A stretch of DNA of 63,859 nucleotides, the filler included, from Choristocarpus tenellus KU-1152 (lineage: Eukaryota; Protista; Phaeophyceae): assembly GCA_964200185.2 (NCBI GenBank). It is 12 parts of 12 records of this genome, joined end to end, with 100 filler letters (N's around TTAATTAATTAA, not from the genome) between each part and the next. Parts side by side here need not be neighbours in the genome. Positions count along the whole stretch, not along the records: positions 1 to 10,106 come from CAXNAD020003149.1; positions 10,207 to 17,640 come from CAXNAD020006169.1; 10 more parts are not named here. The stretch is one strand, 5' to 3'. Positions 1-13,200 of this stretch are shown here, one piece after another. The notes under the pieces are model-generated. The model was not told where the DNA came from, ran no database searches, and worked only from the letters and a program-made list of their open reading frames with translations. Within the stretch, counting starts at the first letter, position 1. The number at the start of each line of letters is the position of its first letter. Position numbers and translations under genes: made by a program.

Positions 1-2120
1 GGTGAGGTGGGAGGTGGCCTGTACCTCTGCGAAGGTAACGTCCAGCAGAAGACCTTTGTCCCTGTAGGGAGCAGTTCCAGCATCTGCTAGTGCCCCTGCG
101 TGAAACACCAGATCCATGCGAATTGTATCGAACTAGAGATAAACGTACAGGTACATGAAATTATGTTATATATAGTAGTAGTAGTAATATATCCCTCTAG
201 CATTTTGCAGATGTGCCAGCGGAAAAATTAATGCCATCACACACAACTTAAGTGTAACACTACTGTATCATATTCGACACTAACATCCAATAGTACTTGA
301 GATAGTGAGTCAGTAGCGTTGACACACACACGCACACATCGCCACGTCCTATAGGAAAGAAGAGGGAGGGGGGGGAGCACCTCGGTGTCACATCAGGTCC
401 ATCCAATCCGAAGGAAAAGGAAAGATGGACACAGGAATAATTTAACCGAAGATAAAAACACAACCAAGCAGCATCCAGCAAAGAGCCTTGAATGTGGATG
501 TGTGCGCTCTGATCTGCTTGGGATACATTGACTATGTGGTGTCTACTGATGGTTACTTACATCTTTGCGAAGCGGAGTGAAGGTTTCAAAATTGTATATA
601 AGATAAGGGGGCGACGTTTTCTACGAGTGGGACAGATTATAGTTTGCGTCTTGTGCGCGCGCTTTCTAGACGCACGTTTATAGGGACCCCTAAACAAAAA
701 GGGGGGGTTATCAAATTTCATAACATAGTTGGTGACCTTGACACAATATTAAATGTGATAAAGGAAGAAGGGGCAGGACGAATCTTATAGATGTCGATAT
801 AAAACATTGAAGAGCATGTGTTGCATGTTTGTGAAAGATTTGACAGGTCACAGGTTTGATCTTTACTATTCATCCCTCCTATAAGTGCTTCCAATTTCTG
901 TATTACATTCCTATACAAACTGTAAACCTGCCACTCGAATGCTGACATGCTTCGGGAGTGATCATCAATCTTCTTGTGAAGAATTATGCCAGGTTTGATG
1001 AATGTGAAGTGGTCCATCATGGGATAAAATGTGGACCACCAACGAGTTGGCATGATACATCTTCATCACTCTCTTCGGCTCAATTGTTGATATTTTGCAC
1101 ATGTCCTTCCAAGGGCACCTTGTGCTACCTGGACTTTGAATAGGCGCCAAATAGCTTCTCGAGCTGGTGTCATGGCAACTTGTCTCCCCCCGCTGTTTAA
1201 TGTAGTTCAGCCACGTACTCCAAACTGTGATATATCCAGTGGTGGGTTGTGATGCAGTGGTCTCCCTCCAGCAAGCAACAATTCTCCTCCTCACGCGAAA
1301 AAGGATATCCCGGGGATGGGTTGACATCATACTCGAGTAGGAACCCACCCTCACCGTCTTCACAGAGTACCTGGGCAAACTCATGGCTAATTTTGCAGAC
1401 CTAGATATACTTATGTGGTGCTTGTGTGGTTGTTCATGAGTCTGAGCTTCTCCTTCTCTCCTCCAAGCATTCCAGAGAAGAGAAACAAAAAAGTAACCAA
1501 ATAATTGGTCCCAACACTTTCGGTTTCGATTAACTGCAACTCGATTGAATCGGACCGATTCGATCACCACGATTTACAACACTACAGAAAGGCACCCAGT
1601 CTAACCTTGTGAAAACCATGTCTCTTTTTTTCAGTAGTATGAGGACCATCCTAGTCCGTGGTCAGAGGCACTACATCTCACCCAATAATTCTGTGCTTCT
1701 CTTTTGGTTAACTGTATGGGACTCCACAGCACTACGACTGTACTGTATCTGTTCATGCCTTGCTTCTCGCACGCTGGTTTCAGCCATCCCCCCCCTCATT
1801 GCTCCTCTTCTTCCCTGCACTATTTGTGTTGGATTGCCTCGTCATTGCCAACACGATCTTGGCCCGATATTTCTTGTGGTATAGGGACAGATGGGATAGT
1901 AGAGGCGAACAATCCGTTATGTCTACCACAAGGAAGATATAAGCGTTCTTGTGACTCTGTCGTTATGGAGGCCTGTTTACTGGACAAATTTCGCTTGCTT
2001 GAAATCTACTTATCGTAGATATTTTCCCATATTGCCACAAAAATGGTGGACCGAGAATGGTTAAGGGGACAGATTTCATTGCCAGGTGGGTCTAGCACAA
2101 GATATGTGAGGGAGGGCATG

Positions 2121-2584
2121 CGTTACAGGCGAATAGCGCGAGTATTTCTTTCTGCGTGCCAAGATGCGCGAACAGTATACATACGCAAGAATTAATATAA
2201 GAGGAACTTTGAATTGATAGAAGATGCAGAGTAAGATTCAAATTGCATACATAATCTTACAGAATAGATGTCAATTCCTGAAAGTTGCAGAATAAAGATT
2301 ATGGTTGGAGTATTTACACAGCAGTTTTTGCAGACTTCATGTAACTCTTTGGCTGTAGAAAACGTTGAATTATGTTAATAAAAGGCTGTGTTGTTGATCA
2401 CACAACTCAGGTCTTTGATCCTTGCCTTCTTTTGAAAAAGCGAAAAGTGAGACATTGACTGAGCCAAGTATCAATTGACTCTATACGTGGTCATCATCTG
2501 TGAACCCCCGTGTAGCATCATTTTAAGGTCGTTGGATTTGAGTTGCACATCCTGTGGAGGTGAGTTCAGGGGCGCGCTGTAACA
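2121..2584. mobile_element. Solo LTR (464 bp), family shared with 29606-30140 and 27821-27894
   Basis: Ends (C)GTTACAGGCG...GCGCTGTAACA (LTR-type TG...CA short inverted ends, first base mutated). Flanked by a 4-bp direct repeat CATG (2117-2120, 2585-2588). Homologous in reverse orientation to 29606-30140. Confidence 0.75.
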
Positions 2585-5018
2585 CATGGAGTGACGAGCG
2601 ATGGGATGGCTGAAAAGGGATAACTGAATATTGCCTAACATGCAAGGCACAAACGGAGACAGTACAATTGGTCATGGCAGAACAGATAAGTACATTAGGT
2701 TGGTAGTATGAAAAGTAGTGCAGTGCGTAGTGCCTCTGACCAAGGGTCGGGATAGTCCCCAGATCTACAGGAGCGATGATGATAGTGATAGCAGTAGTTA
2801 TGACAGTAATATTACTTCCAAGCACTTTGTTATAACTATGACAACACTAATATAACTTGTAGCATAGATCTACCTACACAGAAGTCAATCAAGGGTGCCA
2901 ATAATCATGCGTCAAGAAAGAGTGCAAAGATCTCAATTGTCGGCTCATCCCACCCAGTAATTGCCAGTTTTGCGCGATGTGTGAGGTAAACTTTGATTTG
3001 TAATAAACAAAAAACTCAATCTACGGTGGTGTGTGAAGGGCTCCCAAGAAAACGGAGGCCTAAAGCACTAGCACCCAGAAGCTGGTGTGCAATTTCAAGA
3101 CCTACCATTGTAGAGCAGGCAAGTATCTGTAGTCGGTCTCCCCCCCCATAATTCATTGTGTGCGAAGAAGACAGAAGAAATAACAAACGAGAAGTGAAAT
3201 AAGTACTGTTGGGGTGGGGCCAAGGTTCCAAGAGAAATCACGAATGATAGCTTTGGTGTTCGTAGTGAGTGGTATGGAGGAAGGATTAGGGGGCAGTAAA
3301 GAGGGTGAAGAGGTTTACGGGAAGAGTAGTGTGCAGACCATGCTGTTGAGGGGGAAAACTGCCAGACTACACTTTCCCTCTATATGGAACGGAACCCTCA
3401 TTAATCTTCCCAAAGATGACAATTAGGGGGCGAGACTGGATCTGTTGTTGATCATCAACTTGTGCCAAGGGGTGAAGACATGCCCAACTCATTGACTGCT
3501 TAGATCCTCAAAACTCAAGGTCTTCCTGGAGGCACCGCCACCAGTTTTTCTCCGGTCCTTCCATCACCCCCTCGGGTTTCTTGTCTCCAAGTTCCCCAAA
3601 CGTCAAGTTCTTGGTCAACCGAACTTCGTCCATCCGTGCCCCACATTACCTACAAAACGCAGTCTCTGTTACTTCGAATTTAGTAGGCTCTATACCCTTT
3701 TTACACTCAGTTCTCACGAGGAGTATGCCCAAAATCAAGCAACAGACCTTTGGGCCTTGAGTATCCAATCTTCAGTGCAAGCGCCAACTGCTTAGTTGTA
3801 TAGTTCTCTACTCTACTTCACAAAGTGTACCCATCAATTACTGTTGGATCCAAGTGTTGGATCTTGGTGGAAATAGTAGCATAATCACTTACTACTGAAC
3901 TTCCAAGACAGGCAAGCTTGTCAGTCTGCTTGCTCCTTCGACCTACAGCCTCGATCTGATTTACGTATGCTGACTTGTTGGAGATCTAGAGGCACATGCC
4001 TTCTATCTTCTTCGACAGCACAGTCCGAATTCTTTGCATACCTTGACAATCAAGGTCATCATGTCGACCAAGCTCTCTTGGGCCCTCGGCACAATCCCCC
4101 CATCATTGGTATAAAGTATGCACCAAAGTAGAATCTGGCAACTTACTCCCTTTCTCCCTCTCCCTCCCTCTCCCCCATGACCTGATATCTATTTCTTTGT
4201 TCTTCTTCTTCTTCTGATGTAGATATAGTCTTCTTCAGACACCACTGTCTACGTTGAACCCCTCGATCGCTATGGTAAGTCTTGTGTGTAGTAAAAAGAG
4301 GCTGGACAGGAAGGCAGCAAAGGCATACTCTTTGGTGAAGGGCTTGTTCAATGCTGAACCATTCTGTGCGCAACATCTTCCATATACGAGGTGCATTGCT
4401 ATATTGGAATCAACAAGTAGTTGACCCAAATAAAGTTGGCACACTCCAAACTTGACCAAATACGGTTCGAAAGAGGTCATGGTCCACAGAACCAAATGCT
4501 TTTTGGAGATGAATGAAGGTCACGAACAAGGAGTCTTTTTTGTCTGAGCTTCTGAGAATTCCATACCACAACAACCATCATGTCAATGGCCGACCACTGG
4601 GCGAGGTAGAATTCCCATTACTCCCAAACATCCGGTTCCACGTGTCATCCAACAAACAACAGGGTTGAGGAGTAGGATGTACCTCCAACGAATGCGTATC
4701 CTTAGTTTGGTTGGATGTCTGGAGGAATAATTAGATCCACTCCTATCTCCACTGAATTGTTTTGTTTGAGAAAATATACATCATACTTATAAAGGAGAAA
4801 GAAAAGACGCCTTCGAAGTATCTATGTAAGGTCTGTATTGTATCATCTACATACCACAAAAAAGGTTTCTTCTGTATAATATTGTGAGTTGGGTGTGAGT
4901 TTTTCAAGTCATCATCATCATAACCATGGATGCCTTGTTTGGGCTAAACCACACAGGACAATAGTACGTATATCCCCAGGTGTGGCTTAAGGCTGGATTA
5001 CCCCCACTGGCGCGCAAA

Positions 5019-8000
5019 ATGAGAACTAAAGATGTTATTGTGATGGTCGTAGCTTCCCTGGCTGGTCTCCTTTCTCTCCAAGGTACTCGAGACTTCAATA
5101 TCCACCTGCGATGGTAAGCTTAAGCCTGACTATCTTGATACTACGCATCGCTTTAGATTTTTCGAGTTTGAGATGTTTCTCAATGCGTGAGGGTCAGAAT
5201 AAAGCTATTTTGCATTGCTCCTTACATCGAACGTTATGCTCAGTACCCTTGCACCGCAAGATGTACCCAGACTCTTTCATCCTCTCGTCATCATTCTCTA
5301 GGAAGAACTAGCCCTTACGACGCGCAAGACAACTTTTACGTAGCTTCCACCATAACTCGTAGTTTAGGTGCGAGGTACCACCCAGATCGTGGTGGAGGTA
5401 TCACACTCCTTCATCCGTTTCTCCTTGCAACCCCCTCGTTGCCAACTCATCGTTGTGGATTCTATGTGATGACACGCTGTTACCGTGGAATCTCAAGGGT
5501 TGTCGAGGGACAGCGAGCCGCGGTAAAAGTTGCACTTAGGGATTATTCCCCACCAATCCCACAACCAGTGGTGGCGGACATGGATGGGGATGGAAAGAAC
5601 GAAGTCATCCTCCTTGCGGATGATGGTTCCAGATTGCGAATACTTTCTGTTCCGGCGGTGGGAGGGGAACAACTGGTAAGCTCCGCTTTACTTTCTTTTG
5701 GTAAAGGTGATGGGGGAGTTACGATTCTCAGGCGAATTGGTGAGGTATCGATCAACCACGTATGTCTCCTATGGGAGAGGAGATATTTGTCGCGCCCTAG
5801 GCCATCATGCATTGCAAGAAACAACCGAAGCCTCAACTAAGGCTAGACAAAAAATGTCGCCAAGGCTCCTTGTTACGCTAGAAAAACTCGTGGTGAGCCC
5901 TGATTGATTATACGACACAGAAACTGTCCCTCCAAACCATGTGGATGTAGCTGCATAATTATGTACATTCCCGCTCCGATTTTTTAAAGTAGAGATTAAC
6001 TTTTGACTAACAGGCACATACCTCTTATGAGAGAGGAGACAGTTGTCGTGCCCTAGGCCGTCATGCACGACAAAAAATGGTCCATGAAACCTCAACCAAG
6101 GCGAGACAAGGAAATAACGCCAAGGCTCCTTGTTACGACGAAGAAACTCGTGGTGGACACTGCTTGATTATACGATACTGAAACTGTCCCCCCAACCCAT
6201 GTGGACGTAGCTGCATAATTTTGTACATTCCCGCTCCGATTTTTTGAAGTAGAGATTCATTGTTGACTAACAGTTTGTCTACTTTGCTTGACCATAATAA
6301 CATCCAGGCACTAAAAGTGTTGTGGGAACTGATGCCTGATAACCGTTACACAATTGCATTGTTCCAAGGTCAGGCTACACCCTTGATTGTGCATGAATCT
6401 CTGGTAGCACCAAGAGTGGGGTTGTCCAAGGGACCTCGGGTAGTGGCGTTGGCAGCTGGCTATCTTGATCCACCAAGAGGTGACAGGTGAGAGAATGGCA
6501 TTGTGATAATTTTATTCCCCACCCACCCAAATGCAGAAAGTTAAACTTGAGCTTGCACCCAATTTAGCCGTGTCCATACATCATTATGTGTCGACTGGGT
6601 TATAGACTTTGTGGACAGGTGGGCTGTTCTTTGTGGTTGACTGCAGTTGAGTGATAGTCAAGGCTCCAACATAAAATTGCAGTGCTTGCTGGGTCTGTAG
6701 CTCCGCGAAGTTTGTGGCAGGGGCTCGTTGTTGCTTTGCCCAAGGATGTACTTTGCTGCGCCCTCACCTTGCTTTGTGCTGCTGTGTTTTTGAGCTACAT
6801 AATATGTTCATGTAAAAGTCAGCATCATTACTGTACCATCCAGCCTTTTCTACACCAAACATGTGTGTTGTCTTTATAACGTTTGTGCCTTATCCTGATG
6901 TTGAGAGAGGTACATGGTTTCATGCTCTGTTGGGGTTTACAATGAGGAGCTTGCTCACACTACATGAACTGCGATCAATTGGGTAACCTCAGACAGTTTT
7001 CCATCCTATCAGTTTGTGCTAACCCTTTTTCTGTTTGTTTTTCATAACCTGCAGTAAACCACCTTTGTAGATGTAAGGGAGGTGTTGATACCAACGAAGA
7101 CAAAATGAATATTGTGTTTTTTTTTAGTGTATAAGTGATCCCTGCACAGACCCATCTCTATTGTAAGCACCTGTTGTGTTCAGCAGAGAAACAATGTCCT
7201 GAGTGTTGACCACATAATGTTCCTCTCATGCTTTCTACCTGTCATTTGACCTCATATTGATGAGGAGTCAATGGTGGGGTAAGCTAGACCTCTCATTGAG
7301 TACCCACCTTCCAACTCCTCCATGTAACATAATGTGCTGCTGGGCTTGCATTGCTATACCTGCCCCACCAACGCAATAGTCAGAATGTCCAACATATTGC
7401 GGCGGTCAGGGAGGACTGGACAGTGATCCTGTTTGACCACCACCTGAAAGTGTTGTGGGAAAGACCAATTGACCACATGGGAGACATTGTCCATGCGAGT
7501 GTCAGGCCTTTCATGATCAACCAGGCAAGGCTAGGGCAAGCAGGCCTTCTCATGTGCTGAGTTTGGAAGGTTGGATGAGGAGAACAGATTTGTGTATGGT
7601 GTTGTCTTTTCGAGTTATTCGAAGGAGATGATGTGTCCCTTGTCATCAGATGGCGAGTTGTGGCCCCATCAGATCAACTAGTGACTTGAAAATGTGCTAA
7701 TCTGTCTCTCAATGACAGCAATTTATATATATTTTTGGCTGTAGCAAACAATGCAAAACTGTCAGTTTTTAATATCCTTGATGGTGAAGACTGCTTAGCA
7801 GTGTTGTGAATTGGTGCTGAGTAGGGTCAGTTGCATCTGATCAATTAGTGGTGATGAATTAGTGTAACTGAAATTTTGGGAGGCCTATCATTCAACTAAT
7901 GTATGCACTGTATAGGACTGGCTGCATATATTGTGCATCATATCTAGTCATGAGATGGGTTTCTGATAGTAATGCAAGAAAGTGATGAAGGTAGAAGCTC

Positions 8001-10036
8001 TCGTAGTCCTGTACACCTGTCCATGTTTGCAAGGAGTATACCAAAGGATTAGTAGGGACCTGGTGGTGTAGCTTGATATTTAGATTAGTTGAATGCGAAC
8101 TGATTAATCAGATTGACTTGCTGTGTCCTGGCATAGTGGCAGACACGTGTAAGGTGTGTGTTTGATAGGGCAGCATGCAGTGTCACAGTACAAGAAGTCG
8201 CCTCAAGTGGTAAGAAACCCAACCTGAAATCTTTTTAGTGGTTGAATTTCACTCTTAATATTGCAAAATGGGTTGCTGTATGGAAGGATTGAAGGAAGAG
8301 GTGTCGCACCCACCACTTAACTGTATGCCCACAAAATGCCCTTGGCATTTTGTGCTCCCTTTCAGTGTTTGAACTGAGCATGGATTGTCACTCTAGTATA
8401 AACGGAAAGTAACTTAGTCAAATGGAAGCCATTCCAATTGGTGCCTAATCACAACTCTAAATGAGAGGTACCCCACAAGTGATTGTCCCCAAGGGACCCC
8501 CTCATCGGTTAAGGAGTGTTCCTGCTTTATTGTGCCACTTGGTCCTGACCCCCAACATGTTATGGAGGTGGTCATGCTCTCAAGGACTCCATTGATTAAT
8601 TGTTAATCCACAACTCAAGCACCATGCATGATAGAGGGCATTTCCAGTGTTCTCTTTTTCCTCTCCCCTCTCCCCTCTCCCCCCTTCCCTTTCTCCATGA
8701 CATTGACCCTTTACAGCGTTTTCCTTACACCCCTCCCCCCTCTCCCTCCTCCTCCCACACTGTATCCATTTTCTTGTCTTCATGGCAATTGTTAGTAGGT
8801 GTCGGTTACGCTGACCCCACATGTTGCACAGGAGGGGGACAGGGGTCTGGTTGTGGTTGGGGGAAGCATGTGGTTTCAAGATCGTTACTATACGTCTGAG
8901 GTTCGTACAGTCTGCCACCCAGCTGCAGTATTTGTGTTGACAAATTTTGCATTGAAGATATTCTTAGCTGTGTATTTTTGTTGATAGTGTAGATGTGATG
9001 GTGTTCATCCATATTTGCAGTCTTCTCAAGGAAGAGGACCCACTCTGTCTAATTTGTATAACTTTGGGGAGACTTCTTGGCAGAATGGTGCAGAATTTTG
9101 TGTGTATCCACACATGCATTTACAAGCTGTAAATCACAAATGCAAGCAAAGCTCCCACTCCAATGCATTTATGAATTCAAAATGGTAGCGCACAGGTTTG
9201 TCTTGCAGGAAGGTCTCGTGTGTGTGGCAGAACACAGTAGTCGTTGAGAAGGTGTACACAGTCTGTTTCACCCCCCTACCCCCTAGTCCATCCCAGAACT
9301 CTGTCCTCCCTTGCTGTCATCCAGGGGAACGGCTTGCATGGAGAAGACCCCCTGGGCATTCATGTTGAAGGTCTGAGTGAGAGTCAAGATAGTAGCGAAG
9401 ATTCCTTGGAGCAGGTGTGCAGGAAGGGAAGTACCTGACACATCTGACTTATGCTTCTGTGTGTGTGTGTGTGTGTGTGTGTCTTGATACTACACTTCAG
9501 CACCACTGTCTTATTCTACGTGAGAAGTGTGCTTGCCCTTGTTGCACTTGTTGTGACTGTTATGTTTTTTGTGTGCCTTTTGTGAGTGTTACTTTTTGCT
9601 CAGCTCACCTTGCAGTTGACTTCAAATACCATAGCTTGTGTGATTGCTTGTGCGTGTATATTTTCTGCACAGGTTATGATACCTCTATTCCCAACCACAT
9701 GCAACAGATTTGTAGTTAGCATTGATATTTCAACAATACTTCTACATCTCCCTCCCCTCCCCATACTACTTTTCTGACTGTTCACATCAGAGCCAACATC
9801 AGTTTCTATTACCCTACTATTAATGTCAACAGTTTGGACAACATTGCAACTTTTTTTTTGCAGCAGCGTTTTATATAAGTTTCCTGGCGTTGACCTTGCT
9901 ATCGCTTTTTACCAAGGTGAGGATGAGAGAAGAGGAAAGAAAGCGCCTAGCTGCTGAGCACTTTTCTTTCTACGCATTGGAAGGCGGATCTGGTCAGGAG
10001 CGTTGGCGTCATCAGGGGCAGGTTGGCTCTGAGGAG
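5019..10036 (+). CDS. FG-GAP repeat protein, similar to plant NERD1/At3g51050; 5' part, truncated at contig end. Exons 5019-5113, 5498-5675, 6374-6486, 7380-7524, 8799-8900, 9325-9414, 9917-10036
   Basis: Phase-consistent splicing gives MRTKDVIVMVVASLAGLLSLQGTRDFNIHLRW..PQPVVADMDGDGKNEVILL..RVVALAAGYLD..WTVILFDHHLKVLWE..GDRGLVVVGG..EHFSFYALEGGSGQERW. This is the motif order I recall for the plant family; DxDGDGxxE is an FG-GAP calcium loop. Intron 4 has a GC donor. Confidence 0.85.
5765..6273 (+). repeat. Two-unit ~250-bp tandem duplication in intron 2 of the FG-GAP gene
   Basis: 5765-6013 and 6021-6273 share GAGAGGAGA..GCCCTAGGCC..CCAAGGCTCCTTGTTACG..GTACATTCCCGCTCCGATTTTT..TTGACTAACAG. Confidence 0.9.
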
Positions 10037-10106
10037 GTGAGAAAGGAGGCTCTGCTGCTGGTCAAATAAAGAGGAAAATATTGTTTCTTGAAGGGGAGAA
10101 GGGGGG

Positions 10107-10206
10107 NNNNNNNNNNNNNNNNNNNNNNNNNNNNNNNNNNNNNNNNNNNNTTAATTAATTAANNNNNNNNNNNNNNNNNNNNNNNNNNNNNNNNNNNNNN
10201 NNNNNN
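10107..10206. other. Artificial contig linker (first of 11)
   Basis: 44 N + TTAATTAATTAA (stops in all six frames) + 44 N. Identical linkers start at 17641, 20260, 23514, 27721, 31482, 39919, 44960, 48282, 55915 and 61092. Confidence 0.99.
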
Positions 10207-13200
10207 AGTGCACGTGGGGGTTGATACCACGGATTGCTCTGATAGACCCAGGTCCGATTCCAACATTAGTTGGGCGTATTCTTCTTGGAAGCTATGTCTA
10301 AGATGGATGGGTCTTACGTGGAAGGGTTTCACATAAGAAGCATGAACAGTACGAGTGCGTGTTTGCCTATCTAGCAGTTCAACCGTCATGCTAATAATAC
10401 TCTGATGTGAAATTTCCTTAACAGTTCACGGTCCCGTCCATCTTTCATGGACTAGCTTTCTGCCTACTCTTCTCTCACCTAGTTTTTCCCTATTGATAGA
10501 GCTGTCCGCTTCTTTCACTAGAGCTAGGTCACCTGGTTTGGATCTTAGTCCTGGGGAAGACCTAGCAATCAAAAGACTGGCTCTTTCTCTGTATTTCTGT
10601 CTTGTAGACATCCGTCTCTCCAGGACTTCTCGTTCCTCCCTGAAGTTCTAATCCTCCAACCTCTATGTCCCCATCCAACTTGGGTATGACGGCGTCTAGC
10701 TGTGTGCGGGGATCACGGCCAAAGAAGACTTGGAAGAGGGTGGGGTTGAGGGGGTAGGATGGGTCTAGAGTAGTGTGTTGTGCCCAAAATGCCGGAGATA
10801 CATACTCATCCCATCTATCTGGCCAATTCACACATAGTTCCGACAGGACTTCTAGAAGCCATCCTCTCATCGTTTCTACTCCCCCTTGTCCTCTTGAGTT
10901 GCCAGTGGGTCCATAATTGGTAGGGACTTTCAGCCAACGACAAAGGCGATTCATTACGTCTCCTGTGAACTCCGCTACTGCATCACTACGAAATGACAGT
11001 GGGATCCCAAATATAAGACATAATTCCAACACGTTTGTTGCTACTCCAGTTGCTTCCTTTGACGTCATTGGGAATGCAAAAGAAAATCTCGAAGCTCTAT
11101 CAATCACAATTAATAGATACTTGTTGCCTTTCACTGAGAAGTGTCCTACATCTTGTGGATCCATCTCGAGTACATCCCATGGTTCCAGGAACTTGGCTGG
11201 CAGCATTGCCACTTGTGTGCTCCTAGTCCTCTTTCGTCTTCGACAGCCACAGGATAAAGCTTAATCCTGCGTGTCTTTGTGGAGTGAGGGTCAAAAGAAC
11301 TATCGATGGGTTAGGGCTACTGTGCGTCCAACTCCCTTGTAGCTAGTCTGCATGTGTACTAGTGCTATGATGTCTGACACTAGTAAACGAGGAACTGCTA
11401 GCCTAGGTGTATACTATCCAGAACTGTACCAGAGTAACTTCTTATCATCTAGGGAATATGACTCTACATCCATACTACCTATTTCCCACTCAAGTGATGA
11501 CTTCCAGTGTTCTTGGCCTTCGAGTACACCCCGTATGCTGCCCAAGAAGGGGTCTTTCTTTTGTCTTTCCACTAGCTCTGGTATGTCTGAGAGAGTGGTC
11601 GTGCTCTCTTGAGAGTGGGGTGGTGTTTAACCATCTCACTCATTTCGGACTGGTCTGTTACTACCCTTCTTGTTCGTTAGCCTCGGTGTACTTTTGGGCC
11701 TCTTCTTGAATGGTGACTTCTCTTCTCCTGCTGTTCCCTTTATTTCTACCCTGTCTTCGAGGGTGGGGTCTAAAGGTTGCCAGCCAAAAGTGTTAGTACC
11801 ATCGAGCGGGGGAAGAGGGTGCTGTAAGACGAGGGTCTGGTATACGCTAGGTGTCTTGTCTGGGGCCATCCAAACAGAGTGAGGGAGCATAGGCACTGGT
11901 GGACTTTGATCCTGGGGTCAAATGAGTGGTAGCCAACCTCCAACAACCAAGTTGTGACTATCAGGTTCCGAGGGCAATTTTGTAATGCTGACAATATTCC
12001 TGAGAATGTGGTATCAACTGTTCCCTGAAGTGACATGTGCCCTACCCCTAGACTCGGTTCCTCATGTGAGAGAGAAGTACATTCTAGTTCTGAATCTACC
12101 CACGCACAAAGAGAGTAAGGGGACAGTGTGGGGTGACCTGGGTTTAGATCTGATGCACCTAAATCCTGCAAACAGACACCATCTAAGACGGGTCCTCTTG
12201 GTCCAGTGTAGCTCTTTCTATAAGCTACTGATGGATCGTCACGAAGGAATCGTCGATATCCAAACCTGAGGCCGTTGGTAGAGGGAGTCGTGATAGTCCG
12301 TCTGGTAGTTGGTGCTTTGAGCCTGCTCGCCACTTTAATTCCATATCATGGCCCATGAGGCGGAGGGCCCACCTGTGGAGCTTGGGGCTAAGTTCACGAC
12401 TCTTAAAGAACCAGGTGAGGGAATGTATCTTAGAGGGTACGAGTTTTGCCCTGTTTGTCCGTTTGGGCCTTGGCTTTCCATTTCTTTTTAATGACATTTT
12501 CCTACTCCAATTTTTTTCAGAGTAGGTAAATTGTATGCGTTGTGAAAAAGTGTCACTGGAACAAGGATATTGACACTTCTTAACAAATGGGATGGCCAAA
12601 ATTGAATAAAAATCGCAACATTGGATTTTCGTCCTCAAATGGATACGGCTCTACCCACTAGATACTTTGGCTCAGGTCAGTGGCTGAGCAGTCAGTGATT
12701 AGAGTGAATTTCCTACCCCAGATGTAGGAACGGAAGTGTTCTACAGCCCACAAGATAGCCATGCATTCTCTGTCAGTGGGTGCTCGTCTGCTTTGTGTTT
12801 TAGACCATTTCTGGCTAGCATAAACTATGACGTGTTCTAGGTCATCATCCTGCACCTGGGTCAGCGTTGCTCCAGCCCCTACTTCACTCGCATCTGTATG
12901 CAGAAGGGACGACTTATCCCAATCAGGAAAGAGTAGGATTAGTGGAGAAACCAAACGCACCTTGAGTTCTTCAAAGGCCTTCTGCTCCTCTGATACCCAA
13001 GGGATACTCTTCTTCCTGTCTCTTTTGGAAGCATACCCTTTATTGCGTAGGATGCTAGTCAGTGGTGCAGCTACTTGGCCATAGTTTGGAACAAACTGTG
13101 GCATGTATCCTGTCATGCTTAGGAAACTTCTCAGCTGTTCAACTGTCGATGGGGGATCAAGTTTTGCTACTACTATCATTTTGGATGGAGCAGGGCTCAA

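Noticed and set aside
718-1570. Minus-strand ORFs (also 28724-29083 and 19463-20075) as transposase or host genes
   Set aside because: No motif I can support. The CPWKDM similarity to the unknown family is too short to count.
2461-2481. GAGCCAAGTATCAATTGACTC as a minimal MITE or excision footprint
   Set aside because: Lies inside the solo LTR, has a loose counterpart in the other LTR copy, and lacks a TSD.
10151-10162. Recurring TTAATTAATTAA palindrome as a biological repeat or CRISPR-like unit
   Set aside because: Always centred in 44+44 Ns; it is a standard six-frame-stop contig linker.
12225-12638. Recurrent short peptides in the ORF track (ESILEGTSF, PSKILSL, KYLGGG) as a protein family
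   Set aside because: They are translations of the MITE TIRs in different frames.
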